DNA of 64,000 nucleotides, taken from the NCBI RefSeq assembly GCF_009914755.1, contig NC_060933.1. One strand, written 5' to 3'. The notes beneath the pieces were generated by a model. The model was not told where the DNA came from and did not search any database. It saw only the letters and a program-made list of their open reading frames with translations. The stretch is from the human T2T-CHM13v2.0 reference genome, Homo sapiens. Position 1 is the stretch's first letter. The number at the start of each line of letters is the position of its first letter. Made by a program: the position numbers and the translations under genes. This document shows, in pieces, positions 1-15,600 of this stretch.

Positions 1-719
1 CCGGAAGATTCCATTCCATTGCATTCCATTCCATGCCATTCCCCTGCACTCGCTTTGATTCCATTCCATTCCATTCCATTCCATTCCATTCCATTCCGTT
101 CCGTTCTATTCCATTCCATTCCATTCTATTCGGGTTAATTCCATTCCATTCCATTCGATTGCAATCGTGTTGATTCCATTCCATTGCATTCCATTCCATT
201 CCATTCCATTCCATTCCATTCCTTTCCATTCCATTACGGATGATTCCATTCCATTGCATTCCATTCCATTCCATTCCCCTGTACTCGGGTTGATTCCATT
301 CCATTGCATTCCAATCCATGCCCTTCCACTCGTGTTGATTCCATTCTTTCCATTCCATTCAAGTTGAATCCATTCCATTGCATTCCATTCCATTCGATTC
401 CATTCGATTGCACTCGGGTTGATTCCATTCTATTGCATTCCATTCCATTCCATTCCATTCCATTCCATTCCATTCCGTTCCATTCCATTCCATCACATTC
501 GGATTGATTCTATTCAATTCCCTTACACTCCATTACATTTCGTTCCATTCGGGTAGTTTCCATTCCATTCCATTCCATTCCTCTCCATTCCATTGCACTC
601 GGGTTGATTGCATTCCATTGCATTCCATTCCATTCCATTCAATTCCATTCCATTCCATTCCATTTCATTCTATTCCATTGTACTCGGGTTGATTCCATTC
701 CATTGCATTCCATTCCATT

Positions 720-3620
720 CCATTACGTTCCATTCCATTCCATTACTTTCGGGTTGATTCTATTCAACTCCCTTACTCTCCATTCCATTCCATTCCATTC
801 CTGTTGTTCCATTCCATTCCATTCCATTCCACTCCATTCCATTGCACTGGGGTTGATTCCATTCCATTTCATTCCATTCCATTCAATTCCGGATGATTCC
901 ATTCCATTGCATTCCGATCCATTTCATTCCCCTGCACTCGGGTTGATTCCATTCCATTCCATTCCATTCCATACCATTCCATTCGATTCCATTCCATTCC
1001 AATTCTTTCCATTCCATTCAATTCCGTACCATACCATTCCATTCCATACAATTCCATTCCATTCCATTCCATTCCATTCCATTCCATTCCGTTCCGTTCC
1101 ATTCCATTCCATTCCATTCTATTCCATTCCATTCCATTCCATTCTGTTCCGTTCCATTCCTTTCCATTCCATTCTATTCCATTCTATTCCATTCCATTGC
1201 AATCGAGTTGAATCTATTGCATTCCATTCCATTCCATTCCGGAAGACTACATTCCATTGCATTCCATTCCATTCCATTCCCCTGCACTCGCGTTGATTCC
1301 ATTCCATTCCATTCCATTCCATTCCATTCCATTCCATTCCATTCCATTCCTTTCCTTTCCATTCCATTGCATTCCATTCCATTCCGTTCCATTCCATTCC
1401 GTTCCGTTCCATTCCTTTCCATTCCATTCTATTCGGGTTAATTCCATTCCATTCCATTCGATTGCAATCGAGTTGATTCCATTCCATTCCATTCAATTCC
1501 ATTCCATTCCATTCCATTCCATTCCTTTCCATTCCATTACGGATGATTCAATTCCATTGCATTCCATTCCATTCCATTCCCTTGTACTCGGGTTGATTCC
1601 ATTCCATTGCATTCCAATCCATGCCATTCCACTCGTGTTGATTCCATTCTTTCCATTCCATTCAAGTTGAATCCATTCCATTGCATTCCATTCCATTCGA
1701 TTCCATTCGATTGCACTTGGGTTGATTCCATTCCATTGCATTCCATTCCATTCCATTCCATTGCATTCCATTCCATTCCGTTACATTCCATTTCATTACA
1801 TTCAGATTGATTCTTTTCAATTCCCTTACACTCCATTATATTCCAATCCATTCTGGTTGTTTCCATTCCATTCCATTCCATTTCACTCCATTCCATTGCA
1901 CTCGGGTTGATTCCATTCCATTCCATTCCATTGCATTCCATTATATTCCATTCCGGATGATTCCATTCCATTGCATTCCATTCCATTACATTCCCCTGCA
2001 CTTGGGTTGATTCCATTCCATTCCATTACATTACATTCCGTTCCATTCCATTCCATTCCATTCGGATTGATTCTATTCAATTCCCTTACACTCGATTACA
2101 TTCCATTCCATTCGGGTAGTTTCCATTCCATTCCATTCCATTCCTCTCCATTCCATTGCACTCGGGTGGATTCCATTCCATTCCATTCCATTCCATTCCA
2201 TTCCATTCCATTCCATTGTACTCGGGTTGATTCCATTCCATTGCATTCCATTCCTTTCCATTCCATTCCATTCCATTCCATTACATTCCGCTCCATTCCA
2301 TTACATTCGGATTGATTCTATTCAACTCCCTTACTCTCCATTACATTCCATTCCATTCGGGTTGTTCCATTCCATTCCATTCCATTCCACTCCATTCCAT
2401 TGCACTCGGGTTGATTCCATTCCATTCCATTCCATTCCATTCCATTCCATTCCATTCCATTCCATTCCGGATGATTGCAATCCATTGCATTCCGTTTCAT
2501 TACATTCCCCTGCACTCGGGTTGATTCCATTCCATTCCATTCGATTCCATTCCATTCCAATTCTTTCCATTCCATTCTATTCCGTACCATTCCATTCCAT
2601 TGCATTCCATTCCATTCCATTCAATTCCATTCCGTTCCATTCCATTCGATTACATTCGGGTTGATTCTATTCAACTCCCTTACTCTCCATTACATTCCAT
2701 TCCATTCCTGTTGTTCCATTCCATTCCACTCCATTCCATTGCACTGGGGTTGATTCCATTCCATTCCATTCCATTCCATTCAATTCTGGATGATTCCATT
2801 CCATTGCATTCTGATCCATTACATTCCCCTGCACTCGGGTTGATTCCATTCCATTCCATTCCATTCCATACCATTCCATTCGATTGCATTCCATTCCAAT
2901 TCTTTCCATTCCATTCAATTCCGTACCATTCCATTCCATTCCATACAATTCCATTCCATTCCATTCCATTCCATTCCGTTCCGTTCCGTTCCGTTCCATT
3001 CCATTCCATACCATTCTATTCCATTCCATTCCATTCCATTCCGTTCCGTTCCATTCCTTTCCATTCCATCCTATTCCATTCTATTCCATTCCATTGCAAT
3101 CGAGTTGAATCCATTGCATTCCATTCCATTCCATTCCATTCCATTCCATTCCGGAAGATTCCATTCCATTGCATTCCATTCCATTCCATTCCCCTGCACT
3201 CGCGCTGATTCCATTCCATTCCATTCCATTCCATTCCATTCCATTCCTTTCCTTTCCATTCCATTCCATTCCATTCCATTCCATTCCGTTCCGTTCCATT
3301 CCTTTCCATTCCTTTCCATTCCATTTTATTCGGGTTAATTCCATTCCATTCCATTCGATTGCAATCGAGTTGATTCCATTCCATTCCATTCCATTCCATT
3401 CCATTCCATTCCATTCCATTCCTTTCCATTCCATTACGGATGATTCAATTCCATTGCATTCCATTCCATTCCATTCCCTTGTACTCGGGTTGATTCCATT
3501 CCATTGCATTCCAATCCATGCCATTCCACTCGTGTTTATTCCATTCTTTCCATTCCATTCAAGTTGAATCCATTCCTTTGCAATCCATTCCATTCGATTC
3601 CATTCGATTGCACTCGGGTT
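720..3620 (+). repeat. Direct duplication with ~1.9 kb offset (~720-1700 / ~2640-3620)
   Basis: Private variants gcactggggttg (844/2741), ggatgattcaatt (1541/3438) and cttgtactc (1581/3478) are all offset by 1897; ctgttgttcc is at 801/2708. Confidence 0.8.
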
Positions 3621-6600
3621 GATTCCATTCCATTGCATTCCATTCCATTCCATTCCATTCCATTCCTTTCCGTTCCGTTCCATTCCATTCCATTCCATTC
3701 CATTCCATTCCGTTCCGTTCCATTCCATTCCATTCCATTCTATTCGGGTTAATTCCATTCCATTCCATTCGATTGCAATCGAGTTGATTCCATTCCATTC
3801 CATTCCATTCCATTCCATTCCATTCCATTCCTTTCCATTCCATTACGGATGATTCCATTCCATTGCATTCCATTCCATTCCATTCCCCTGTACTCGGGTT
3901 GATTCCATTCCATTCCATTCCAATCCATGCCATTCCACTCGTGTTCATTCCATTCTTTCCATTCCATTCAAGTTGAATCCATTCCATTGCATTCCATTCC
4001 ATTCGATTCCATTCGATTGCACTCGGGTTGATTCCATTGCATTGCATTCCATTCCATTCCATTCCATTCCATTCCATTCCATTCCGTTCCATTCCATTCC
4101 ATTCCATTACATTCGGATTGATTCTATTCAATTCCCTTACACTCCATTACATTCCATTCCATTCGGGTAGTTTCCATTCCATTCCATTCCATTCCTCTCC
4201 ATTCCATTGCACTCGGGTTGATTCCATACCATTGCATTCCATTCCATTCCATTCCATTCCATTCCATTCCTTTCCATTCCATTCCATTACATTCGGATTG
4301 ATTCTATTCAACTCCCTTACTCTCCATTACATTCCATTCCATTCGGGTTGTTCCATTCCATTCCATTCCATTCCACTCCATTCCATTGCACTCGGGTTGA
4401 TTCCATTCCATTCCATTCCATTCCATTCCATTCCATTCCGGAAGATTCCATTCCATTGCATTCCATTCCATTCCATTCCCCTGCACTCGCGTTGATTCCA
4501 TTCCATTCCATTCCATTCCATTCCATTCCCTTCCTTTCCGTTCCATTCCATTCCATTCCATTCCATTCCGTTCCGTTCCATTCCATTCCATTCCATTCTA
4601 TTCGGGTTAATTCCATTCCATTCCATTCGATTGCAATCGAGTTGATTCCATTCCATTCCATTCCATTCCATTCCATTCCATTCCATTCCTTTCCATTCCA
4701 TTACGGATGATTCCATTCCATTGCATTCCATTCCATTCCATTCCCCTTTACTCGGGTTGATTCCATCCCATTCCATTCCAATCCATGCCATTCCACTCGT
4801 GTTGATTCCATTCTTTCCATTCCATTCAAGTTGAATCCATTCCATTGCATTCCATTCCATTCGATTCCATTCGATTGCACTCGGGTTGATTCCATTCCAT
4901 TGCATTCCATTCCATTCCATTCCATTCCATTCCATTCCATTCCGTTCCATTCCATTCCATTACATTCGGATTGATTCTATTCAATTCCCTTACACTCCAT
5001 TACATTCCATTCCATTCGTGTAGTTTCCATTCCATTCCATTCCATTCCTCTCCATTCCATTGACCTCGGGTTGATTCCATTCCATTGCATTCCATTCCAT
5101 TCCAATCCATTCAATTCCGTTCCATTCCATTCCATTACATTCGGATTGATTCTATTCAACTCCCTTACTCTCCATTACATTCCATTCCATTAGGGTTGTT
5201 CCATTCCATTTCATTCCATTCCACTCCATTCCATTGCACTCGGGTTTATTCCATTCCATTCCATTCCATTCCATTCCATTCCATTCCTTTCCGTTCCATT
5301 CCATTCCATTCCATTCCAATCCAATCCATTCCATTCTGTTCCGTTCCGTTCCATTCCATTCCATTCCATTCTATTCGGGTTAATTCCATTCAATTCCATT
5401 CGATTGCAATCGAGTGGATTCCATTCCATTCCATTCCATTCCATTCCATTCCATTCCATTCCATTCCATTCCTTTCCATTCCATTACGGATGATTCCATT
5501 CCATTGCATTCCATTCCATTCCATTCCATTCCAGTCCTTTCCATTCCATTCCACTCGGGTTGATTCCAATGTATTCCTTTCCATTCCATTCCATTCCATT
5601 GCAATCGAGTTGATTCCATTGCTTTGCATTCCATTCCATTCCATTCCATTCCGGATGATTCCATTCCATTGCATTCCACTCCATTCCATTCCCCTGCCCT
5701 CGGGTTGATTCCATTCCATTCCACTCCATTCCGTTCCATTCCATTCCATTCCATTGTATTCGTGTTAATTCCATTCCATTCCATTGCATTCCATTCCATT
5801 CCATTACAATCGAGTTGATTCCATTCCATTCCATTCCATTCCAGTCCTTTCCATTCCATTCCTCTCAGGTTGATTCCATTCTATTAGTTTCCATTCCATT
5901 CCATTCCCTTCCATTCCACTCTGGTTGATACCATTCCTTTCCATTCCACTCGAATACATTCCCTCCTATTCCACTCGGAATGATTCCATTCCATTCCATT
6001 CCATTCCACTCCATTCCAATCGAGTTGATTCCATTCCATTCCACTCCATTCCATTGCACTCGGGTTGATTCCATTCCATTCCATTCCATTTCATTCCATT
6101 CCGGATGATTCCATTCCATTGCATTCCGTTCCATTACATTCCCCTGCACTCGCGTTGATTCCATTCCATTCCATTCCATTCCATTCAATTCCATTCCATT
6201 ACAATTCGTTCCATTCCATTCTATTCCGTACTATTCCATTCCATTCCATACCATTCCATTCCATTCCATTCCGTTCCATTCCGTTCCATTCCATTCCATT
6301 CCATTCTATTCGAATTAATTCCATTCCATTCCATTCCATTCCATTCTATTCCATTCCATTGCAATCGAGTTGAATCCATTGCATTTCATTCCATTCCATT
6401 CCATTCCGGAAGATTCCATTCCATTGCATTCCATTCCATTCCATTCCCCTGCACTCGCGTTGATTCCATTCCATTCCATTCCATTCCATTCCATTCCGTT
6501 CCGTTCCATTCCATTCCATTCCATTCCATTCCATTCCATTCCGTTCTGTTCCATTCCATTCCATTCCATTCTATTCGGGTTAATTCCATTCCATTCCATT

Positions 6601-9600
6601 CGATTGCAATCGAGTTGATTCCATTCCATTCCATTCCATTCCATTCCATTCCATTCCTTTCCATTCCATTACGGATGTTTCCATTCCATTGCATTCCATT
6701 CCATTCCATTCCCCTGTACTCGGGTTGATTCCATTCCATTCAATTCCAATCCATGCCATTCCACTCGTGCTGAATCCATTCTTTCCATTCCATTCAAGTT
6801 GAATCCATTCCATTGCATTCCATTCCATTGGATTCCATTCGATTGCACTCGGGTTGATTCCATTCCATTGCATTCCATTCCATTCCATTCCATTCCATTC
6901 CGTTCCATTCCATTCCATTACATTCGGATTGATTCTATTCAATTCCCTTACACTCCATTACATTCCATTCCATTCGGGTAGTTTCCATTCCATTCCATTC
7001 CATTCCTCTCCATTCCATTGCACTCGGGTTGATTCCATTCCATTGCATTCCATTCCATTCCATTCAATTCCATTCCGTTCCATTCCATTCCATTACATTC
7101 GGATTGATTCTATTCAACTCCCTTACTCTCCATTACATTCCATTCCATTCGGGTTGTTCCATTCCATTCCATTCCATTCCACTCCATTCGATTGCACTCG
7201 GGGGGATTCCATTCCATTCCATTCCATTCCATTCCATTCCATTCCGGAAGATTCCATCCCATTGCATTCCATTCCATTCCATTCCCCTGCACTTGCGTTG
7301 ATTCCATTCCATTCCATTCTATTCCATTCCATTCCCTTCCTTTCCGTTCCATTCCATTCCATCCCATTCCATTCCATTCCGTTCCGTTCCATTCCATTCC
7401 ATTCCATTCTATTCGGGTTAATTCCATTCCATTCCATTCGATTGCAATCGAGTTGATTCCATTCCATTCCATTCCATTCCATTCCATTCCATTCCATTCC
7501 TTTCCATTCCATTACGGATGATTCCACTCCATTGCATTCCATACCATTCCATTCCCCTATACTCGGGTTGATTCCATTCCATTCCATTCCAATCCATGCC
7601 ATTCCACTCGTGTTGATTCCATTCTTTCCATTCCATTCAAGTTGAATCCATTCCATTGCATTCCATTCCATTGGATTCCATTCAATTGCACTCGGGTTGA
7701 TTCCATTCCATTGCATTCCATTCCATTCCATTCCATTCCATTCCATTCCATTCCGTTCCATTCCATTACATTCGGATTGATTGTATTCAACTCCCTTACT
7801 CTCCATTACATTCCATTCCATTCGGGTTGTTCCATTCCATTCCCTTCCATTCCACTCCATTCCATTGCGCTCAGATTGATTCCATTCCATTCCATTCCAT
7901 TCCATTCCATTCCATTCCATTCCGGATGATTCCATTCCATTGCATTCCGTTCCATTACATTCCCCTGCACTCGGGTTGATTCCATTCCATTCCATTCCAT
8001 TCCATTCCATTCCATTCCATTCTAATTCTTTCCATTCCATTCTATTCCGTACCATTCCATTCCATTCCATACAATTCCATTCCATTCCATTCCACTCCGT
8101 TCCATTCCGTTCCGTTCTGTTCCTTTCCATTCCATTCCATTCCATTCTATTCGGTTTAATTCCATTCCATTCCATTCCATTCCATTCCATTCCATTCTAT
8201 TCCATTCCATTGCAATCGAGTTGAATCCATTGCATTCCATTCCATTCCATTCCATTCCATTCCATTCCATTCCGGAAGATTCCATTCCATTGCATTCCAT
8301 TCCATTCCATTCCATTCCATTCCATTCCATTCCATTCCATTCCATTCCATTCCGGAAGATTCCATTCCATTGCATTCCATTCCATTCCATTCCATTCCAT
8401 TCCATTCCATTCCATTCCATTCCATTCCATTGTACTCGGGTTGATTCCATTCCATTGCATTCCATTCCATTCCATTCCATTCCATTCCATTCCATTCCGT
8501 TCCGTTCCATTCCATTCCATTCCATTCGGATTGATTCTTTTCAACTCCCTTACTCTCCATTACATTCCATTCCATTCGGGTTGTTCCATTGCATTCCATT
8601 CCATTCCACTCCATTCCATTGCACTCGGGTTGATTCCATTCCATTGCATTCCATTCCATTCCATTCAATTCCATTCCATTCCATTCCATTCCATTACATT
8701 CGGATTGATTCTATTCAACTCCCTTACTCTCCATTACATTCCATTCCATTCGGGTTGTTCCATTCCATTCCATTCCATTCCACTCCATTCCATTGCACTC
8801 GGGTTGATTCCATTCCATTCCATTCCATTCCATTCCATTCCATTCCATTGTACTCGGGTTGAATCCATTCCATTGCATCCCATTCCATTCCATTCAATTC
8901 CATTCCGTTCCATTCCATTCCATTACATTCGGATTGATTCTATTCAACTCCCTTAGTCTCCATTACATTCCATTCCATTCGGGTTGTTCCATTCCATTCC
9001 ATTCCATTCCACTCCATTCCATTGCACTCGGGTTTATTCCATTCCATTCCATTCCATTCCATTCAATTCCATTCCATTCCGGAAGATTCCATTCCATTGC
9101 ATTCCATTCCATTCCATTCCCCTGCACTCGCGTTGATTCCATTCCATTCCATTCCATTCCATTCCATTCCATTCCCTTCCTTTCCGTTCCGTTCCATTCC
9201 ATTCCATTCCATTCCATTCCATTCCATTCCGTTCCGTTCCGTTCCGTTCCATTCCATTCCATTCCATTCTATTCGGGTTAATTCCATTCCATTCCATTCG
9301 ATTGCAATCGAGCTGATTCCATTCCATTCCATTCCATTCCATTCCATTCCATTCCATTGCATTCCTTTCCTTTCCATTCCATTACGGATGATTCCATTCC
9401 ATTGCATTCCATGCCATTCCATTCCCCTGTACTCGGGTTGATTCCATTCCATTCCATTCCAATCCATGCCATTCCACTCGTGTTGATTCCATTCTTTCCA
9501 TTCCAATCAAGTTGAATCCATTCCATTGCATTCCATTCCATTCCATTCCCCTGCAGTCGGGTTGATTCCATTCCATTCCATTCCATTCCATTCCATTCCA

Positions 9601-12600
9601 TTCCAATCAAGTTGATTCCATTCCATTCCATTCCATTCCATTCCACTCCATTCCAGTCCTTTCCATTCCATTCCACTCGGGTTGATTCCAATGTATTCCT
9701 TTCCATTCCATTCCATTCCATTGCAATCGAGTTGATTCCATTGCTTTGCATTCCATTCCATTCCATTCCATTCCGGATGATTCCATTCCATTGCATTCCA
9801 TTCCATTCCATTCCCCTGCACTCGGGTTGATTCCATTCCATTCCACTCCATTCCATTCCATTCCATTCCATTCCATTGTATTCGGGTTAATTCCATTCCA
9901 TTCCATTCCATTCCATTCCATTACAATCGAGTTGATTCCATTCCATTCCATTCCATTCCAGTCCTTTCCATTCCATTCCACTCGGGTTGATTCCATTCTA
10001 TTAGTTTCCATTCCATTCCATTCCCTTCCATTCCACTCTGGTTGATTCCATTCCTTTCCATTCCACTCGAATACATTCCCTACTATTCCACTCGGAACGA
10101 TTCCATTCCATTGCATTCCATTCCATTCCATTTCGTTCCATTCCATTCTATTCCGTATCATTCCATTCCATTCCATTCCATTCCCCTGCACTCGCGGTGA
10201 TTCCATTCCATTCCATTCCATTACATTCCGTTCCGTTCCATTCCATTCCATTCCATTCCATTCCGTTCCGTTCCATTTCATTCCATTCCATTCTATTCGG
10301 GTTAATTCCATGCCATTCCATTCGATTGCAATCGAGTTGATTCCATTCCATTCCATTCCATTCCATTCCTTTCCATTCCATTACGGATGATTCCATTCCA
10401 TTGCATTCCATTCCATTCCATTCCCCTGTACTCGGGTTGATTCCATTCCATTCCATTCCAATCCATGCCGTTCCACTCGTGTTGATTCCATTCTTTCCAT
10501 TCCATTCAAGTTGAATCCATTCCATTGCATTCCATTCCATTCGATTCCATTCGATTGCACTCGGGTTGATTCCATTCCATTGCATTCCATTCCATTCCAT
10601 TCCATTCCATTCCATTCCATTCCGTTCCATTCCATTCCGTTACATTCGGATTGATTCTATTCAATTGCCTTACACTCCATTACATTCCATTCCATTCGGG
10701 TAGTTTCCATTCCATTCCATTCCATTCCTCTCCATTCCATTGCACTCGGGTTGATTCCATTCCATTGCATTCCATTCCATTCCATTCAATTCCATTCCGT
10801 TCCATTCCATTCCATTACATTCGGATTGATTCTATTCAACTCCCTTACTCTCCATTACATTCCATTCCATTCGGGTTGTTCCATTCCATTCCATTCCATT
10901 CCACTCCATTCCATTGTACTCGGGTTTATTCCATTCCATTCCATTCCATTCCATTCCATTCCGGAAGATTCCATTCCATTGCATTCCATTCCATTCCATT
11001 CCCCTGCACTCGCCTTGATTCCATTCCATTCCATTCCACTCCATTCCATTGTACTCGGGTTTATTCCATTCCATTCCATTCCATTCCATTCCATTCCGGA
11101 AGATTCCATTCCATTGCATTCCATTCCATTCCATTCCCCTGCACTCGCCTTGATTCCATTCCATTCCATTCTATTCCATTCCATTCCCTTCCTTTCCGTT
11201 CCATTCCATTCCATTCCATTCCATTCCATTCCGTTCCGTTCCATTCCATTCCATTCCATTCTATTCGGGTTAATTCCATTCCATTCCATTCGATTGCAAT
11301 CGAGTTGATTCCATTACATTCCATTCCATTCCATTCCATTCCTTTCCATTCCATTACGGATGATTCCATTCCATTGCATTCCATTCCATTCCATTCCCCT
11401 GTACTCGGGTTGATTCCATTCCATTCCATTCCAATCCATGCCATTCCACTCGTGTTGATTCCATTCTTTCCATTCCATTCAAGTTGAATCCATTCCACTG
11501 CATTCCATTCCATTTGATTCCATTCGATTGCACTCGGTTTGATTCCATTCCATTGCATTCCATTCCATTCCATTCCATTCCATTCCATTCCATTCCCTTC
11601 CATTCTACTCTGGTTGATTCCATTCCTTTCCATTCCACTCGAATACATTCCCTCCTATTCCACTCGGAACGATTCCATTCCATTCCATTCCATTCCATTC
11701 CATTCCATTCCATTCCATTCCATTTCGTTCCATTCCATTCTATTCCGTATCATTCCATTCCATTCCATTCCATTCCATTCCATTCCATTCCATTGGACTC
11801 GGGTTGATTCCATTCCATTGCATTCCATTGCATTCCATTACAATCGAGTTGATTCCATTCCATTCCATTCCATTCCAGTCCTTTCCATTCCATTCCACTC
11901 GGGTTGATTCCATTCTATTAGTTTCCATTCCATTCCATTCCCTTCCATTCCACTCTGGTTGATTCCATTCCTTTCCATTCCACTCGAATACATTCCCTCC
12001 TATTCCACTCGGAACGATTGCATTCCATTCCAATCCATTCCATTCCATTCCATTCCATTCCATTCCATTTCGTTCCATTCCATTCTATTCCGTATCATTC
12101 CATTCCATTCCATTCCATTCCATTCCCCTGCAGTCGGGTTGTTTCCATTCCATTGCATTCCCTTCCATTCCATTCCATTCCATTCCATTCCGTTCCGTTC
12201 CATTCCATTCCATTCCATTCTATTCGGCTTATTTCCATTCCATTCCATTCCATTCCATTCCATTCCTCTCCATTCCATTGCACTCGGGTTGATTCCATTC
12301 CATTCCATTCCATTCCATTCCATTCCATTCCGTTCCATTGTACTCGGGTTGATTCCATTCCATTGCATTCCATTCCATTCCATTCCATTCCATTCCATTC
12401 CATTCCGTTCCATTCCATTACATTCGGATTGATTCTATTCAACTCCCTTACTCTCCATTACATTCCATTCCATTCGGGTTGTTCCATTCCATTCCATTCC
12501 ATTCCACTCCATTCCATTGCACTCGGGTTGATTCCATTCCATTCCATTCCATTCCATTCCATTCCATTCCATTCCATTCCGGATGATTCCATTCCATTGC

Positions 12601-15600
12601 ATTCCTTTCCATTACATTCCCCTGCACTCGGGTTGATTCCATTCCATTCCATTCCATTCAATTCCGGAAGATTCCATTCCATTGCATTCCATTCCATTCC
12701 ATTCCCCTGCACTCGCGTTGATTCCATTCCATTCCATTCGATTCCATTCCATTCCTTTCCATTCCTTTCCATTACATTCGGATTGATTCTATTCAACTCC
12801 CTTACTCTCCATTACATTCCATTCCATTCGGGTAGTTCCATTCCATTCCATTCCATTCCATTCCACTTCATTCCATTGCACTCGTGTTGATTCCATTCCA
12901 TTCCATTGCATTCCGTTCCGCATGATTCCATTCCATTGCATTCCATTCCATTCCATTCCCCTGCAGTTGGGTTGATTCCATTCCATTCCATTCCATTCCA
13001 TTCCATTCCGTTCCGTTCCATTCCATTCCATTCCATTCCGTTCCATTCCATTCCTTTCCGTTCCATTCCATTCCATTCCATTCCATTCTATTCGGGTTAA
13101 TTCCATTCCATTCCATTCGATTGCAATCGAGTTGATTCCATTCCATTCCATTCCATTCCATTCCATTCCATTCCATTCCATTCCATTGCTTTCCATTCCA
13201 TTACGGATGATTCCATTCCATTGCATTCCATTCCATTCCATTCCCCTGTACTCGGGTTGATTCCATTCCATTGCATTCCATTCCATTCCATTCCATTCCA
13301 TTGCATTCCATTCCGTTCCATTCCATTTCATTACATTCAGATTGATTCTATTCAATTCCCTTACACTCCATTATATTCCAATCCATTCTGGTTGTTTCCA
13401 TTCGATTCCATTCCATTCCATTTCACTCCATTCCATTGCACTCGGGTTGATTCCATTCCATTCCATTCCATTGCATTCCATTACATTCCATTCCGGATGA
13501 TTCCATTCCATTGCATTCCATTCCATTCCATACCCCTGCACTCGGGTTGATTCCATTCTATTCCATTACATTACATTCCGTTCCATTCCATTCCGTTCCA
13601 TTCGGATTGATTCTATTCAATTCCCTTACACTCCATTACATTCCATTCCATTCGGGTAGTTTCCATTCCATTCCATTCCATTCCTCTCCATTCCATTGCA
13701 CTCGGGTGGATTCCATTCCATTCCATTCCATTCCATTCCATTCCATTCCATTGTACTCGGGTTGATTCCATTCCTTTGCATTCCATTCCATTCCATTCCA
13801 TTCCATTCCATTCCATTCCATTCCATTCCGTTCCATTCCATTACATTCGGATTGATTCTATTCAACTCCCTTACTCTCCATTACATTCCATTCCATTCGG
13901 GTTGTTCCATTCCATTCCATTCCATTCCACTCCATTCCATTGCACTCGGGTTGATTCCATTCCATTCCATTCCATTCCATTCCATTGCATTCCATTCCAT
14001 TCCATTGCATTTTGTACCAATCCATTCTATTCCGAACCATTCCATTCCATTCCACGCCATTCCTTTCCATTCCATTCCATGCCATTCCACTCGTGTTGAT
14101 TCCATTCTTTCCATTCCATTTAAGTTGAATCCATTCCACTCCATTCCATTCCATTCGAATCCATTCCATTGCACTCGGGTTGATTCCATTCCATTCAATT
14201 CCATTCGATTCCATTCCATTCCATTCCATTCCTTTCCATTACATTTCATTACATTCAGATTGATTCTATTCAATTCCGTTACACTCCATTATATTCCAAT
14301 CCATTCAGGTTGTTTCCATTCCATTCCATTCCATTTCACACCATTCCATTGCACTCGGTTTGATTCCATTCCATTCCATTCCATTCCATTCCGGATGAAT
14401 CCATTCCATTGCATTCCATTCCATTCCATTCCCCTGCACTCATGTTGATTCCATTCCATTCCATTCCACTCCATTCGGTTCCGTTCCATTCCATTCTATT
14501 GCATTCCATTCTATTCGGGTTAATTCCATTCCATTCTATTCCATTCCATTCCATTCCATTCCATTACAATGGAGTTGATTCCATTCCATTCCATTCCATT
14601 CCGGATGATTCCATTCCATTCCATTCCATTCCATTCCATTCCCTTCCTTTCCGTTCCGTTCCATTCCATTCCATTCCATTCCATTCCATTCCATTCCATT
14701 CCATTCCGTTCCGTTCCATTCCATTCCATTCTATTCGGGTTAATTCCATTCCATTCCATTCGACTGCAATCGAGTTGATTCCATTCCATTCCATTCCATT
14801 CCATTCCATTCCATTCCAGTCCTTTCCATTCCATTACGGATGATTCCATTCCATTGCTTTCCATTCCATTCCATTCCCCTGTACTCGGGTTGATTCCATT
14901 CCATTCCATTCCAATCCATGCCATTCCACTCGTGTTGATTCCATTCTTTCCTTTCCATTCAAGTTGAATCCATTCCATTGCATTCCATTCCATTCGATTC
15001 CATTCGATTGCACTCGGGTTGATTCCATTCCATTGCATTCCATTCCACTCCATTCCATTCCATTCCATTCCATTCCGTTCCATTCCATTTCATTACATTC
15101 AGATTGATTCTATTCAATTCCCTTACACTCCATTATATTCCAATCCATTCTGGTTGTTTCCATTCCATTCCATTCCATTTCACTCCATTCCATTGCACTC
15201 GGGTTGATTCCATTCCATTCCATTCCATTGCATTCCATTCCATTCCATTCCGGATGATTCCATTCCATTGCATTCCATTCCATTCCATTCCCCTGCACTC
15301 GGGTTGATTCCATTCCATTCCATTCCATTACATTTCGTTCCATTCCATTCCATTCCATTCGGATTGATTCTATTCAATTCCCTTACACTCCATTACATTC
15401 CATTCCATTCGGGTAGTTTCCATTCCATTCCATTCCATTACTCTGCATTCCATTGCACTCGGGTTGATTCCATTCCATTCCATTCCATTACATTCCATTC
15501 CATTACATTCCATTCCATTCCATTCCATTCCGTTCCATTGTACTCGGGTTGATTCCATTCCATTGCATTCCATTCCATTCCATTCCATTCCATTCCATTC

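Noticed and set aside
500-540. cccttacactcc / cccttactctcc and gggttaa / gggttg words resembling telomeric repeats or G-quadruplex motifs
   Set aside because: There are no tandem TTAGGG units and no four closely spaced G3 runs. These are in-phase satellite variants.
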